A stretch of 64,000 bases of DNA from Escherichia phage ETEC-TG, in the sequence record OR786310.1. One strand, 5' to 3'. A model generated the notes under the pieces. It was not told the origin of the DNA. It saw only the letters and a list, made by a program, of their open reading frames with translations, and did no database searches. A program made the position numbers and the translations under genes. Shown here in pieces: positions 36,736 to 45,679 of this stretch. Numbering within the stretch: position 1 is the stretch's first letter; each line of letters opens with the position of its first letter.

Positions 36736-36811
36736 TGGTTTGTAGTGTAGTCCGGTAGCACACGACACTTTGACTGTCGTAGGTTTGGTTCAAATCCAGA
36801 CAGACCAGCCA
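36736..36811 (+). tRNA. tRNA-Gln (TTG)
   Basis: U1-A72 acceptor TGGTTTG/CAGACCA, anticodon loop CTTTGAC, T-loop TTCAAAT, CCA. Confidence 0.55.
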
Positions 36812-36904
36812 TATAACAAAGGTGAGTCACTACCTCAAGTGTGAAGTTAAAAACGAGGAGCCGCCGAACACTTTCTTTTGCGGTGTACCTTTAGAATGTT
36901 ATGA

Positions 36905-36981
36905 CGGAATTTAGCTCAGTTTGGTAGAGTGTACGCTTTGGGAGCGTATTGTCGCAGGTTCGAATCCTGCAATTCCGACCA
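36905..36981 (+). tRNA. tRNA-Pro (TGG)
   Basis: C1-G72 acceptor CGGAATT/AATTCCG, D-arm GCTC-AGTTTGGTA-GAGT, anticodon loop TTTGGGA, T-arm GCAGG-TTCGAAT-CCTGC, CCA. Confidence 0.65.
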
Positions 36982-36987
36982 ATTAAA

Positions 36988-37061
36988 TGTTTCGTAGTTC
37001 AATGGTAGAACCCACGACTGATAATCGTGAGATACAAGTTCGATTCTTGTCGAAACAACCA
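36988..37061 (+). tRNA. tRNA-Ile (GAT)
   Basis: Acceptor TGTTTCG/CGAAACA, D-arm GTTC-AATGGTA-GAAC, anticodon stem-loop CACGA-CTGATAA-TCGTG, T-loop TTCGATT, CCA. Confidence 0.65.
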
Positions 37062-37063
37062 GT

Positions 37064-37133
37064 TTCCCGTTAGACTTACAGGATAAGAGTTCCACAATTT
37101 ATTGTGACGCTGGTTCGAATCCAGCACGGGATA
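37064..37133 (+). ncRNA. tRNA-like element with collapsed anticodon loop
   Basis: Acceptor TCCCGT/ACGGGA, D-arm with GG loop, canonical T-arm GCTGG-TTCGAAT-CCAGC, but the anticodon arm is CACAA-TTTA-TTGTG (4-nt loop); no encoded CCA. Confidence 0.35.
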
Positions 37134-37139
37134 CATAAT

Positions 37140-37218
37140 AGCGGGATAGAGGAGTCTGGTCGTCCTCGCCAGTTTCATATGCTGGAGATCATTGGTTCAA
37201 ATCCAATTCCCGCCTCCA
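37140..37218 (+). tRNA. tRNA with CAT anticodon (Met or Ile2)
   Basis: Acceptor (A)GCGGGA/TCCCGC(C), anticodon stem-loop CCAGT-TTCATAT-GCTGG, T-arm ATTGG-TTCAAAT-CCAAT, CCA; position 1 may be unpaired. Confidence 0.5.
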
Positions 37219-37333
37219 AATATCGCTTGCCAGCGGTATCTTTGAAGACCTTGCCTGGTTCCTTCTAAGATGGAGGGGTGCGACTCCTTAACGCACAATT
37301 ATAATAAAGCATTTCAAATTAACAGTATTTATT

Positions 37334-37357
37334 AGCCTCCTTATTGGAGGCTTTTTG
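37334..37357 (+). terminator. intrinsic terminator closing the tRNA array
   Basis: AGCCTCC-ttatt-GGAGGCT followed by TTTTT. Confidence 0.65.
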
Positions 37358-37375
37358 CTATCTATTGAATAAAAC

Positions 37376-37404
37376 TTGACTTATTATTTTTTATATGTTA
37401 AGAT
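37376..37404 (+). promoter_or_regulatory. sigma70-like promoter (TTGACT, 17 nt, TAAGAT)
   Basis: -35 TTGACT 37376..37381, -10-like TAAGAT 37399..37404, then RBS TAGGAGGA and ATG at 37426. Confidence 0.45.
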
Positions 37405-37425
37405 AAAGTTTAGGAGGATTTTATT

Positions 37426-37722
37426 ATGCCTAAACTAAAACGTGGTCGTGGAAGACCAACAGCCGAAATGCAACAGATTTACGCAATGGATGCGGCGCAA
37501 GCAAGTGTAAAAGAATTATTTGCAGAGCATTATTTAGAAGCTATGCGGTATATTGTTGAACTTGTTAATGATAAGGATGCAGCAAAACCTCTCCGCTTCC
37601 AAGCAGCTAAAGCTATTAAAGAGCAAGTAGAAGAATGGTTAGAAGAACATTATGAAGCTATGGAAGAAGAAACCCCTGCCGTGCAGAATACAGATGACGT
37701 TCCTAAAAAGATCGTAATCTAA
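37426..37722 (+). CDS. hypothetical DNA-binding protein, possible small terminase subunit
   Basis: 98 aa, N-terminal basic KRGRGRP, acidic C-terminus; about 1 kb upstream of the large terminase. Confidence 0.35.
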   Translation: MPKLKRGRGRPTAEMQQIYAMDAAQASVKELFAEHYLEAMRYIVELVNDKDAAKPLRFQAAKAIKEQVEEWLEEHYEAMEEETPAVQNTDDVPKKIVI

Positions 37723-37862
37723 TCCCTCTCCTCTCTTGGGGCTTTGCCCCTCCTCCTTGTTATTTTTAACACCCCTCTCCGAAAGGTTAGGGGCTTTTTT
37801 ATTTTTAATGCTTGCAATTGTATATCATTTTATGATAAGATCAGATATGAGGAGGATAAAAT

Positions 37863-38033
37863 ATGCGCAATTTTGTAGTTAAAAATGATTTTAACCGTTC
37901 TTCTTATCATAAAGATAAAAAGAATGATTACACACGGGCTTGGAACTTGGAGGAAGAACTTTATGATGACAGAGAAGACTTGGGAAGAGATCCTAGCGAA
38001 GGCTCAACCAATGGAAGTGAAGAAGATAGTTAA
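37863..38033 (+). CDS. small acidic protein
   Basis: 56 aa ORF preceded by GAGGAGG; preferred over the overlapping track ORF 37885..38100, which lacks an RBS. Confidence 0.35.
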   Translation: MRNFVVKNDFNRSSYHKDKKNDYTRAWNLEEELYDDREDLGRDPSEGSTNGSEEDS

Positions 38034-38083
38034 CAACGCCCCTTCTCTTCCTAAAATAAAATTTTATGAGGAAGTAGAAGATA

Positions 38084-38476
38084 ATGAATCTAAAGACTAA
38101 AACTGTATTAAGTTTTGTTTTAATTGTTGTTCTTATTCTTGCCGGAATGTTTGCTTATAACAAGATACGTGAGTCTGGCTACAAAGATGGTGTTGCCTAT
38201 CAAACGCAAGTATATCAAGCAGCCCAAGCAAAAGCAAAACAAGATTTTGATGTTCTTCAAAAAAGAGCAGATGAAGAAAGAGCATTATTAAATACTCAAA
38301 TAAACAACTTGTCTAAAAACAATGCACAATTAAAAGCAGATTTAGAGAAGAAGAAACAAACGATCAACGAGGATACAACGAATTATGCAAAAACTAATTC
38401 TGGCAGTATGTCTTGCTTTGCCCCTAATGATGACGGGTTGTTCATCATCAACAAAAGTTTCCCCAGTTCTTATTGA
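38084..38476 (+). CDS. i-spanin (Rz-like)
   Basis: N-terminal TM helix LSFVLIVVLILAGMFAY followed by coiled-coil periplasmic region; overlaps the o-spanin gene. Confidence 0.6.
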   Translation: MNLKTKTVLSFVLIVVLILAGMFAYNKIRESGYKDGVAYQTQVYQAAQAKAKQDFDVLQKRADEERALLNTQINNLSKNNAQLKADLEKKKQTINEDTTNYAKTNSGSMSCFAPNDDGLFIINKSFPSSY

Positions 38477-38711
38477 TGAGTGTAAGGCTGTAGCCATAGA
38501 AAAGGTTAAAGGTCCAGATTCGGACTTGATGGATAAAGTATCGACACCTGTGCCATACACTAAAAATCAAATTGCAAAAGGGGTTAGTAGATCTGAAGTT
38601 GTTAACAACCAAACTCAAAACAATGCTCTTTGGGAGCAAGATAGACGAAAGGTTCTAGGTTTACAAACATATATTAAAACACTGCAAGAAAAAGGTATTA
38701 TTGCTGAATAA
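38385..38711 (+). CDS. o-spanin (Rz1-like lipoprotein)
   Basis: Lipoprotein signal with lipobox LMMTGC, starts inside the i-spanin gene in another frame and extends past it. Confidence 0.65.
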   Translation: MQKLILAVCLALPLMMTGCSSSTKVSPVLIDECKAVAIEKVKGPDSDLMDKVSTPVPYTKNQIAKGVSRSEVVNNQTQNNALWEQDRRKVLGLQTYIKTLQEKGIIAE

Positions 38712-38720
38712 GGAGGGAAT

Positions 38721-40796
38721 GTGGCAAAGAAAAAGGCAGCAGGTAGTTTAGCTGGAGTAGATATTGAAGTAAAGGCTCAACCAGGTAAACAGACTCTTGC
38801 AATGGATTTAATGCCAGAAGTTATGATTTATGGTGGTGCCGCTGGATGTGTTTCTGCTGAAACGGAATATCTTACAAAAGATGGTTGGAGGCAGATTAGT
38901 GAATATTCGGGAGAGGATATTTACCAATACAATCCTAAGAATAAGCGTTTAGAATTGGTAACACCTTATTTTGTAGAATACGATTTAAATGGAGATAACC
39001 TATACAGAATAACAAATGGTGTAGGATTATTCCAAGAACTTAGTATGGAACACCGTTTTGTATTCTATAAGAAAAAGAAATCAAAGAAACATTTCGAGAT
39101 TCTTGTAGGAGATCTTATTGCATTACAGCAAATAGGAAAACCCCTGCAAGGTTATGTAGAAAATCCATTCGGTAAACGTGTTCCTTTTAACATACCTGGT
39201 AAAAAGAGCACTTACTTAAAAATACACGAGGTTATTTCAACAGATGATAAGAAATATTGTTTTGAGACTCCAAGCAGCTATATTGTCTTTAGACGTGGCG
39301 ATCACTGCTTCGTTACTGGGAATAGCGGCAAGTCTCGTCTGCTATTGCTGAAAGCTTTAAAATACGCCTACAAAGACCCTTTGTTTGGTGGAATACTTTT
39401 CCGTAAGAACACCACTGCTCACCGTAAACCAGGTGGTCTGTTTACAGAAGCAAAACGTTTGTATCTTCCTTTACAACCACATGTAAAAGAAAGTACAATG
39501 GATATCATTTTTGAAGCCACTGGTGGTGGAACCCTCAAATTTGACCATTTGGAAAATGATAACGTAACAGCAGAAACAAACCATCAGGGTACACAGTATT
39601 CAATGGTAGGTTTTGACGAGTTAACCCACTTCACACAATATGAAATGCTCTATCTTCTGGGACGTATGCGTTCAGAGTCAGAAACAAGTTTCATGTTGTG
39701 CACATGTAACCCTGACGCAGATAGTTGGGTTTTGAATTGGGTGTTACCTTATCTTGATGAGGGTGGTTATCCTAGAGAAGATATGTGTGGTAAACAAAAA
39801 TATTTCATCATTGTTAACGATGAACCTGTTTTTGCTGACACACCTGAAGAACTGAAAGAAAAATATCCAGAAAACTGTTTCATGGAAAACCCTAATACAG
39901 GGGAGACAGTTGTTATTGAACCACAAACTTTCGTATTTATTGGTGGGACAATATTTGATAACCCAGAACTCATTAGGCTTAACCCTAATTACTTAGCACA
40001 GCTTAAATCACAAACAGCTATCAAAAGAGCACAGCTTCTGGACGGTTGTTGGTTTGCACGTATCCAGAAAGAATCTTTCTTTCAACGTGAATGGTTACAT
40101 AAAATATCTTATAAAGATGTTCCTAACAATCTTAAACTAATGCGAGCATGGGATAAAGCTGTTTCAGTTCCTACAGAAACTTACCGTTATCCAGACTATA
40201 CAACATCTGTCAAAATGGGTAAAGACCAAGATGGTAATATCTACATCTTTGGCGACTATGATTATGATGCTGTGGATGAGAAAAGTAAAATTTTCGGAAG
40301 GTTTCGAAGACTACCTGGGGAAAGGGATAACCTGATTCTAAATCAATGTAAGATTGATGGACCAGAAGTTACAGTAGTGCTTCCTAAAGACCCATCTGGT
40401 GCTGGGACAATAGAATACACAGAGTCTGCAAAGAAACTTATTCTAGAGGGTTTTGTTGTTAAACCAGATGCTATGCCAGGCAACAAGAAAAAACTTCAGC
40501 GTTTTATGCCTTTTAGTAGTGCGTGTCAAAACGGCTTTGTTTATATTGTTGAAGATTCTTTCCCTAATGTGGAAACTTTAACCCACTTTTATAAAGAATT
40601 GGAATCTTTCAATGGTGAAAGATCTACAGCCACTATTAAAGATGACATTCCCGATGCTGCTGCCTCTTGTTTTAATACTCTGTCAAAAGAGAATACTTTC
40701 AAAGCAGTAGCAATCCCTACAACAACAAATGCTCCTACAGGATACAGTAGAATGAACAGCGGATTTCACCAACCGTATAGTGTCCGTAAAAGATAA
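38721..40796 (+). CDS. terminase large subunit (interrupted by putative mini-intein)
   Basis: 691 aa; Walker A split as ...YGGAAG | C...N | SGKSRLLL; position after spanins and before portal. Confidence 0.8.
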   Translation: MAKKKAAGSLAGVDIEVKAQPGKQTLAMDLMPEVMIYGGAAGCVSAETEYLTKDGWRQISEYSGEDIYQYNPKNKRLELVTPYFVEYDLNGDNLYRITNGVGLFQELSMEHRFVFYKKKKSKKHFEILVGDLIALQQIGKPLQGYVENPFGKRVPFNIPGKKSTYLKIHEVISTDDKKYCFETPSSYIVFRRGDHCFVTGNSGKSRLLLLKALKYAYKDPLFGGILFRKNTTAHRKPGGLFTEAKRLYLPLQPHVKESTMDIIFEATGGGTLKFDHLENDNVTAETNHQGTQYSMVGFDELTHFTQYEMLYLLGRMRSESETSFMLCTCNPDADSWVLNWVLPYLDEGGYPREDMCGKQKYFIIVNDEPVFADTPEELKEKYPENCFMENPNTGETVVIEPQTFVFIGGTIFDNPELIRLNPNYLAQLKSQTAIKRAQLLDGCWFARIQKESFFQREWLHKISYKDVPNNLKLMRAWDKAVSVPTETYRYPDYTTSVKMGKDQDGNIYIFGDYDYDAVDEKSKIFGRFRRLPGERDNLILNQCKIDGPEVTVVLPKDPSGAGTIEYTESAKKLILEGFVVKPDAMPGNKKKLQRFMPFSSACQNGFVYIVEDSFPNVETLTHFYKELESFNGERSTATIKDDIPDAAASCFNTLSKENTFKAVAIPTTTNAPTGYSRMNSGFHQPYSVRKR
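38847..39323 (+). mobile_element. putative mini-intein in terminase P-loop
   Basis: 159 codons beginning with Cys (CVSAETEYLTKDGW) and ending with Asn before Ser; removal gives GGAAGSGKS; no homing-endonuclease domain. Confidence 0.6.
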
Positions 40797-40897
40797 TTGT
40801 TGACAAAAGTCACTTTAAAGTGTATTATAACTAGATAGGTGAGGTTGTATATAATACAGCCTTGCCTTAACGATTTTATACCTGACTGGAGGAACAA

Positions 40898-42463
40898 GTG
40901 TCAACAGGAAAAAGAACGTACACTAAAAAGTCAGAATACTGGGACAAAGGTGCTGCAAATAAAGCTGCTCTCTCTCCAACAAAAGAAGCAGAGAAAGAGA
41001 AAACGTTACTCCTGTCACCTGAAATAGGAACGATCGGATTAAACTCAATCAAAGCATTTACGAATTTCATGCAACCTTATGAGACTCGTTTCCCAGAATG
41101 TATTCGCACTTTTAAAGAGATGGGTGAAGACCCTGATGTAGCTACTGCTCTTGACGCTACATATATCTTTGTAGATAGAGCATTCTTTGATTTCAAGATA
41201 AAATACAATGTAAACTCGGCAAAGTCAAGAAAAGCTGCTAAGTTTATTGATTACATGTTACGCAATATGCAAGCCCCTCTACGTCAATATGTTAGATCAC
41301 TTTTGACATATAAGCAATATGGTTTTGCATTCGCAGAGAAAGTTTATGAGTTGGATGAAGATCCTAAAAGTCCTTACTTTGGGTATTGGCGATTAACCAA
41401 ACTGGCTTTTAGACCACAAGACACCCTTCACATGGCTCAACCTTTTACATATTCGGCAGACGGACGTTCTATTCTATCTGTTAACCAGAATATCACCAAT
41501 ACGATGTTAGCTCCAGGCAATACAACTTTAGAAACTGGTATTAAAGAAATTCCTTTCAGTAAAGTTTTATTTGTTGGTAGCAACATTACAGAGAATAACC
41601 CATTAGGAGTTAGTCCGCTTTTAGCTGTATATCGTAGCTGGCGTGAAAAATCTCTTATTCAGGAATTTGAGGTTATTGGGGTATCTAAAGATTTAGGCGG
41701 TATGCCAGTTCTTAAGGTTCCAAGTGACATTCTAAACAGGGCATCTTTAGATCCTGCGGGGGATGAAGCACAATCTCTTCGAGTTCTCCAAGCCAACATC
41801 GCTAACCTGCACTCTGGTGAGCAAGCCTACATGGTGTTGCCTTCAGACGTTTATGAAGGCACAGTGATGCGTCAATACGATCTTGTATTCCAAGGTGTTG
41901 ATGGCACGGGTAAACAGTTTGACACTCAAGCACTAATCAAACAACGTAAACTGGATATTTATAACCGCTTTGGTGCGGGTGTGTTGATTATGGGTGATGG
42001 TGACGCAGGAAGTTTTGCGCTTTCTGACAACAAACAAACACTATTGTCTCATTTTATTGAGCGAGATGTAGATATTGTTGTAGAAGCTATAAACTCTCAA
42101 CTGATCCCTCAAACACTACGACTAAACAATATCTTCCTTTCTGATGAAGATATGCCTAAATTTGTCAGTGGTGAAATGGGTGATCCTGATATTGAAGTAA
42201 ATGCTAAAGCTATTCAGCAGTTGGTAGCCTCTGGTGCAATACCTTTAACCCCAGAAGTTATTAACGAGTTTCTTGAAAAAATTGGTTTTGAATATCGCAT
42301 CCCTGATGATATTGTTGCCAATAAAGAGAAATTCTTTGAATTCATGGATAACTATATGCCTGACAAAACTTCACGATCAGGAGATGGTTTAGCTACAGCG
42401 GGAACTGGAACGTCTGATACTGTTTCTGCTCTAGATCCTTCAGCACAAAACCTGTCGAATTAA
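40898..42463 (+). CDS. portal protein
   Basis: 521 aa ORF directly downstream of the large terminase; size and position typical of portal. Confidence 0.6.
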   Translation: MSTGKRTYTKKSEYWDKGAANKAALSPTKEAEKEKTLLLSPEIGTIGLNSIKAFTNFMQPYETRFPECIRTFKEMGEDPDVATALDATYIFVDRAFFDFKIKYNVNSAKSRKAAKFIDYMLRNMQAPLRQYVRSLLTYKQYGFAFAEKVYELDEDPKSPYFGYWRLTKLAFRPQDTLHMAQPFTYSADGRSILSVNQNITNTMLAPGNTTLETGIKEIPFSKVLFVGSNITENNPLGVSPLLAVYRSWREKSLIQEFEVIGVSKDLGGMPVLKVPSDILNRASLDPAGDEAQSLRVLQANIANLHSGEQAYMVLPSDVYEGTVMRQYDLVFQGVDGTGKQFDTQALIKQRKLDIYNRFGAGVLIMGDGDAGSFALSDNKQTLLSHFIERDVDIVVEAINSQLIPQTLRLNNIFLSDEDMPKFVSGEMGDPDIEVNAKAIQQLVASGAIPLTPEVINEFLEKIGFEYRIPDDIVANKEKFFEFMDNYMPDKTSRSGDGLATAGTGTSDTVSALDPSAQNLSN

Positions 42464-42556
42464 AAATATTTAATATTTTTTAATTTTTCTATTGACAAAA
42501 CAACAAATATCCTGTAGACTAAGATTTATGGGATATCTGTTTTTAAGAGGTTTCAA

Positions 42557-43036
42557 ATGGAACTCAATAAAGATACACTGTGGGAACTCTTCAAAACCTT
42601 CGCTGGTTTTAAAGAGAATTCTGAATCCCAACAAGATTCTATACCATCTCAAAAACCTGAAACTCTAGTCAAACAAAATAAATTTGATGAAGAAAAGATG
42701 CAGGTTATTGAGGTCTTGTATTGTCCACCTGAAGAAGACGATCTCCACGGAGAGCGCATGTCTGATTTGGAAATCAGGAAGATGGTTGACAACTTCAATG
42801 AGAATATTACCAATATTAGCGGTAATCTTGGTCATATGAAGAACACCGATAAGTTTGCTCCAATTAAAGCTTGGGTAAATGAAGTCGATTGTTACATTGG
42901 TGACGAACTCGTTGTGGAAGGAACTCCCCTCGTTAAAATCCAATTCAACGACCCTGAATTATATCAAGCTCGTAAAGACGGCGTTCTTAAAGGTTTGAGT
43001 ATAGGCGCAATGGGCGTTAAAGTCAAGAAGGACTAA
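42557..43036 (+). CDS. hypothetical head morphogenesis protein
   Basis: 159 aa ORF between portal and scaffold genes. Confidence 0.4.
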   Translation: MELNKDTLWELFKTFAGFKENSESQQDSIPSQKPETLVKQNKFDEEKMQVIEVLYCPPEEDDLHGERMSDLEIRKMVDNFNENITNISGNLGHMKNTDKFAPIKAWVNEVDCYIGDELVVEGTPLVKIQFNDPELYQARKDGVLKGLSIGAMGVKVKKD

Positions 43037-43038
43037 TC

Positions 43039-44154
43039 GTGGCAAATACATATTTAACTAACGTAGACTTTTCAGGAAAAGCTACGGAAGAGTCACTAGG
43101 TGCTCATATTGCTTACACTTTTGATTTTCAAGGTGGAGCGGCATCTGGTTATAATACCCCCCTTTTATTTAAGTCAGACGGATCTCCAGACATAACTTTT
43201 GAAAAGTTAGAAGCTCTCACTAAAATGGGAGAAGATGTTACAGAGTTACGTAAAAGCTATATTCAACAAGTGATGGATCGCATTTCTGAAAAAGTGCGTG
43301 AAAAATTTGAAGCTGGTTGGGATTGGGTTTACGTTATTGATGCTGACTTCGATGCGAACGTTGCAATTTTCTGTTCAGATAACGGTATGTTCTCTGTTGG
43401 CTTTAAAGTTGACGGACTGAATGTTGAAGTTGAAGAGGTTGCTAAACCTGTTGTTCGTGTTACTGATTATCAAGTTGTTGATGGTGATGTAATGATCTCC
43501 ATTGATTTCTTTGAGGACGTTTTAGACGATGCTTTGAGTAATCTCGTTAAGAGTTCCTTGAAACAAAGTCAAGTTAAAGATTATTTAGTGAAAGCTCACG
43601 CTAAAGCTAATACAAACTCTGTGGATGCAGAGGCTAACCCCGCAGGTGATAAATCTGCAAACACAACTGGAATCAATAAAGGAGAAACCCCTTTGGAAAA
43701 TATCAACAAAGAAGAATTCCTGAAATCTGCTGAATTCCAAGAACTGATGAAAGCACAGATCGCTGAAGCTGTAGAAAAAGCAGCAGCAGATGCACGTGCA
43801 GCCGCAGAACTTGAAGCACAGGAAAAAATCGCTAAGGCAGAACAGGAAGCAGAAGAACTTCGTAAAGCTGAACAAGCTCGTATCGAAGAAGAATATACAA
43901 CTGTTGTTAAATCCTATTCTTTCGTAGAAGAAGACAAAGTTGAAGCTCTCGTTAAATATCTGGTAGACAATAAAGATATCGCTGAAACTATCGTCAAAGC
44001 ATTCGAAAAAGCACGTGCAGAAGTGGACGCAGTTAAGAAAGAATTTGGAACAGAACGTGGTGTTGACGTGATCAATACTCAACCTGTAGCTAAATCTTCT
44101 TCTGAACTGATTAGTCAGAAAGCTGCTGAACTTAAAAAAGCCCAGAAACAATAA
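43039..44154 (+). CDS. putative head scaffolding protein
   Basis: GTG start after RBS; 371 aa, acidic, long A/E/K-rich helical C-terminus (AAADARAAAELEAQEKIAKAEQEAEEL). Confidence 0.5.
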   Translation: MANTYLTNVDFSGKATEESLGAHIAYTFDFQGGAASGYNTPLLFKSDGSPDITFEKLEALTKMGEDVTELRKSYIQQVMDRISEKVREKFEAGWDWVYVIDADFDANVAIFCSDNGMFSVGFKVDGLNVEVEEVAKPVVRVTDYQVVDGDVMISIDFFEDVLDDALSNLVKSSLKQSQVKDYLVKAHAKANTNSVDAEANPAGDKSANTTGINKGETPLENINKEEFLKSAEFQELMKAQIAEAVEKAAADARAAAELEAQEKIAKAEQEAEELRKAEQARIEEEYTTVVKSYSFVEEDKVEALVKYLVDNKDIAETIVKAFEKARAEVDAVKKEFGTERGVDVINTQPVAKSSSELISQKAAELKKAQKQ

Positions 44155-44173
44155 TCTTAGGAGATTAAATTAA

Positions 44174-44572
44174 ATGGCTAAAGGAATTACTTTATCTAAC
44201 TCTCGCCAGGAATTCGGACACCTGGTTCTGGGTGGAGTGTTTAGCTCTGACCTTGGACACTGTGTACGTGAAGTTAACCTGGTTAAAACAGCAACCATGA
44301 AAATTGGTTCTATCCTGAAAGCTGACAACACTGAAGCTGCTAAAGCTGAAGCTGCCGATGCTGCTAAAGTTCTGATTTGGACTGATGCTCTGTTCGGTAT
44401 TGACGATGTAGCAGTAGGTGACACTTTCACCGCAGTTGTTGGCGTACGTGATCTTACTCTGAACCGCTTTGCAGTATACTACAAAGATGGCTCCCTTGTA
44501 GATGAAGCTGGCGTAGCAGCACTGGAAACACATGATCTGAAACTGACCGAAAAAGTCGTTTTCACTTCTTAA
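44174..44572 (+). CDS. putative head decoration protein
   Basis: 132 aa ORF immediately upstream of major capsid gene (lambda D/E-like arrangement), RBS TAGGAGA, host-optimal codons. Confidence 0.45.
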   Translation: MAKGITLSNSRQEFGHLVLGGVFSSDLGHCVREVNLVKTATMKIGSILKADNTEAAKAEAADAAKVLIWTDALFGIDDVAVGDTFTAVVGVRDLTLNRFAVYYKDGSLVDEAGVAALETHDLKLTEKVVFTS

Positions 44573-44593
44573 TTTTAATAGGAGATTAATATA

Positions 44594-45595
44594 ATGCCAG
44601 CAGTAATTTTAGATCAGGTTGTAGATTTCAGCCCTATGATCGAACTTCAGGATTCCCCTGATACACTGATTGCCAGCCTGAATCTGTTCAGTGTTGACTA
44701 TCATTCAACTACCGCTATTGAAATCGGTAAAGAAAAAGCTGAAGATGCTCTGATCTCCGCTCGTGAGCGTGGTGGTGAGCGTAACTTCCTGAGCATGAAA
44801 AATCCAGAACTGAAAGCGTTCCGCATTCCGTTCTTCCCTCTGGATAAAAACATCAAAGCTCAAGATATTCAATCTTTCCGTAGCTTTGCAATGGCAGGAA
44901 TCAATGACTCTCTGCGCACAGACGCTGAAGTTGTTAACCGCTATATGTCCCAGATTCTGCGTGACGTAGCAAAAACCAAAGAGAAAATCTTTGCAGAAGC
45001 AGTTATGGGTCGTGCCTATAACGGCGTAGGTGGTGCAGCTAACTCTGCATACAACTGGTATACCGAATGGGGTGCTACCCAGAAATCTGTTGCTGTAGAC
45101 TTTGCTTCTACCACTGTTTCTCCAGCAGCCACTATCGAGAAAGAAGCTCGTGCTTACATCATCGATACTAAACAAGATGGCTCTACCGCTACTCGTATCG
45201 TAGCTCTGTGTTCTCGTGAATTTTTCGCATCTCTGGTTAACTCTCCATTTGTTCGCCAGGCATATCAGTATTTCCAGGGAACTCCTAACCTTCTGCGTGA
45301 TCGCCTTAGCGGTAACATGGATGTTCAGGTGTTCGAATGGAACGGTGTAACTTACATTGAAGATATCCACGGTAACATCCCTGCTGGTGAAGCATATGTT
45401 CTGCCTATGGGTATCGAAGGTATGTTCCAGGCGCACTACGCTCCTGCGGATACTCCAGAACTGGCTAACACCCAGGCTCGTGAACTGTATACCTTCATGA
45501 TCAGCCAGCACCGCACTATTCAGCTTCAGTCTGAATTCTCGCTGCTCGCAGTTAACACCCGTCCAGAACTGGTAGTTAAACTGACTACGGCTTAA
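44594..45595 (+). CDS. major capsid protein
   Basis: 333 aa, strong RBS, highly biased codon usage, followed by a terminator; position after scaffold/decoration genes. Confidence 0.7.
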   Translation: MPAVILDQVVDFSPMIELQDSPDTLIASLNLFSVDYHSTTAIEIGKEKAEDALISARERGGERNFLSMKNPELKAFRIPFFPLDKNIKAQDIQSFRSFAMAGINDSLRTDAEVVNRYMSQILRDVAKTKEKIFAEAVMGRAYNGVGGAANSAYNWYTEWGATQKSVAVDFASTTVSPAATIEKEARAYIIDTKQDGSTATRIVALCSREFFASLVNSPFVRQAYQYFQGTPNLLRDRLSGNMDVQVFEWNGVTYIEDIHGNIPAGEAYVLPMGIEGMFQAHYAPADTPELANTQARELYTFMISQHRTIQLQSEFSLLAVNTRPELVVKLTTA

Positions 45596-45617
45596 TAGAA
45601 CTCTGTTAAGATTAGAG

Positions 45618-45647
45618 GCTCGTCCGTGATGGGCGAGCCTTTTCTGT
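45618..45647 (+). terminator. intrinsic terminator after major capsid gene
   Basis: GGCTCG...CGAGCC hairpin followed by TTTTCTGTTT. Confidence 0.55.
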
Positions 45648-45679
45648 TTACAATAAGAGTTTACAACGAGGAGATTGAT

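Noticed and set aside
37885-38100. 71 aa ORF from the six-frame track
   Set aside because: A different frame (37863..38033) has a strong GAGGAGG RBS at correct spacing; the track ORF has none.
38721-40796. Terminase insertion as a simple lineage-specific loop rather than an intein
   Set aside because: Not fully excluded, but the insert starts with Cys, ends with Asn-Ser, and its removal restores a perfect Walker A, which favours an intein; kept as a finding.
43585-44151. 188 aa minus-strand ORF antisense to the scaffold gene
   Set aside because: Phe/Cys-rich low-complexity translation of the complement of an A/E/K-rich coding region; the sense gene has RBS and context.
44705-45511. 268 aa minus-strand ORF antisense to the major capsid gene (also 44192..44533)
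   Set aside because: Lies entirely within a strongly codon-biased plus-strand gene; no RBS, implausible composition.
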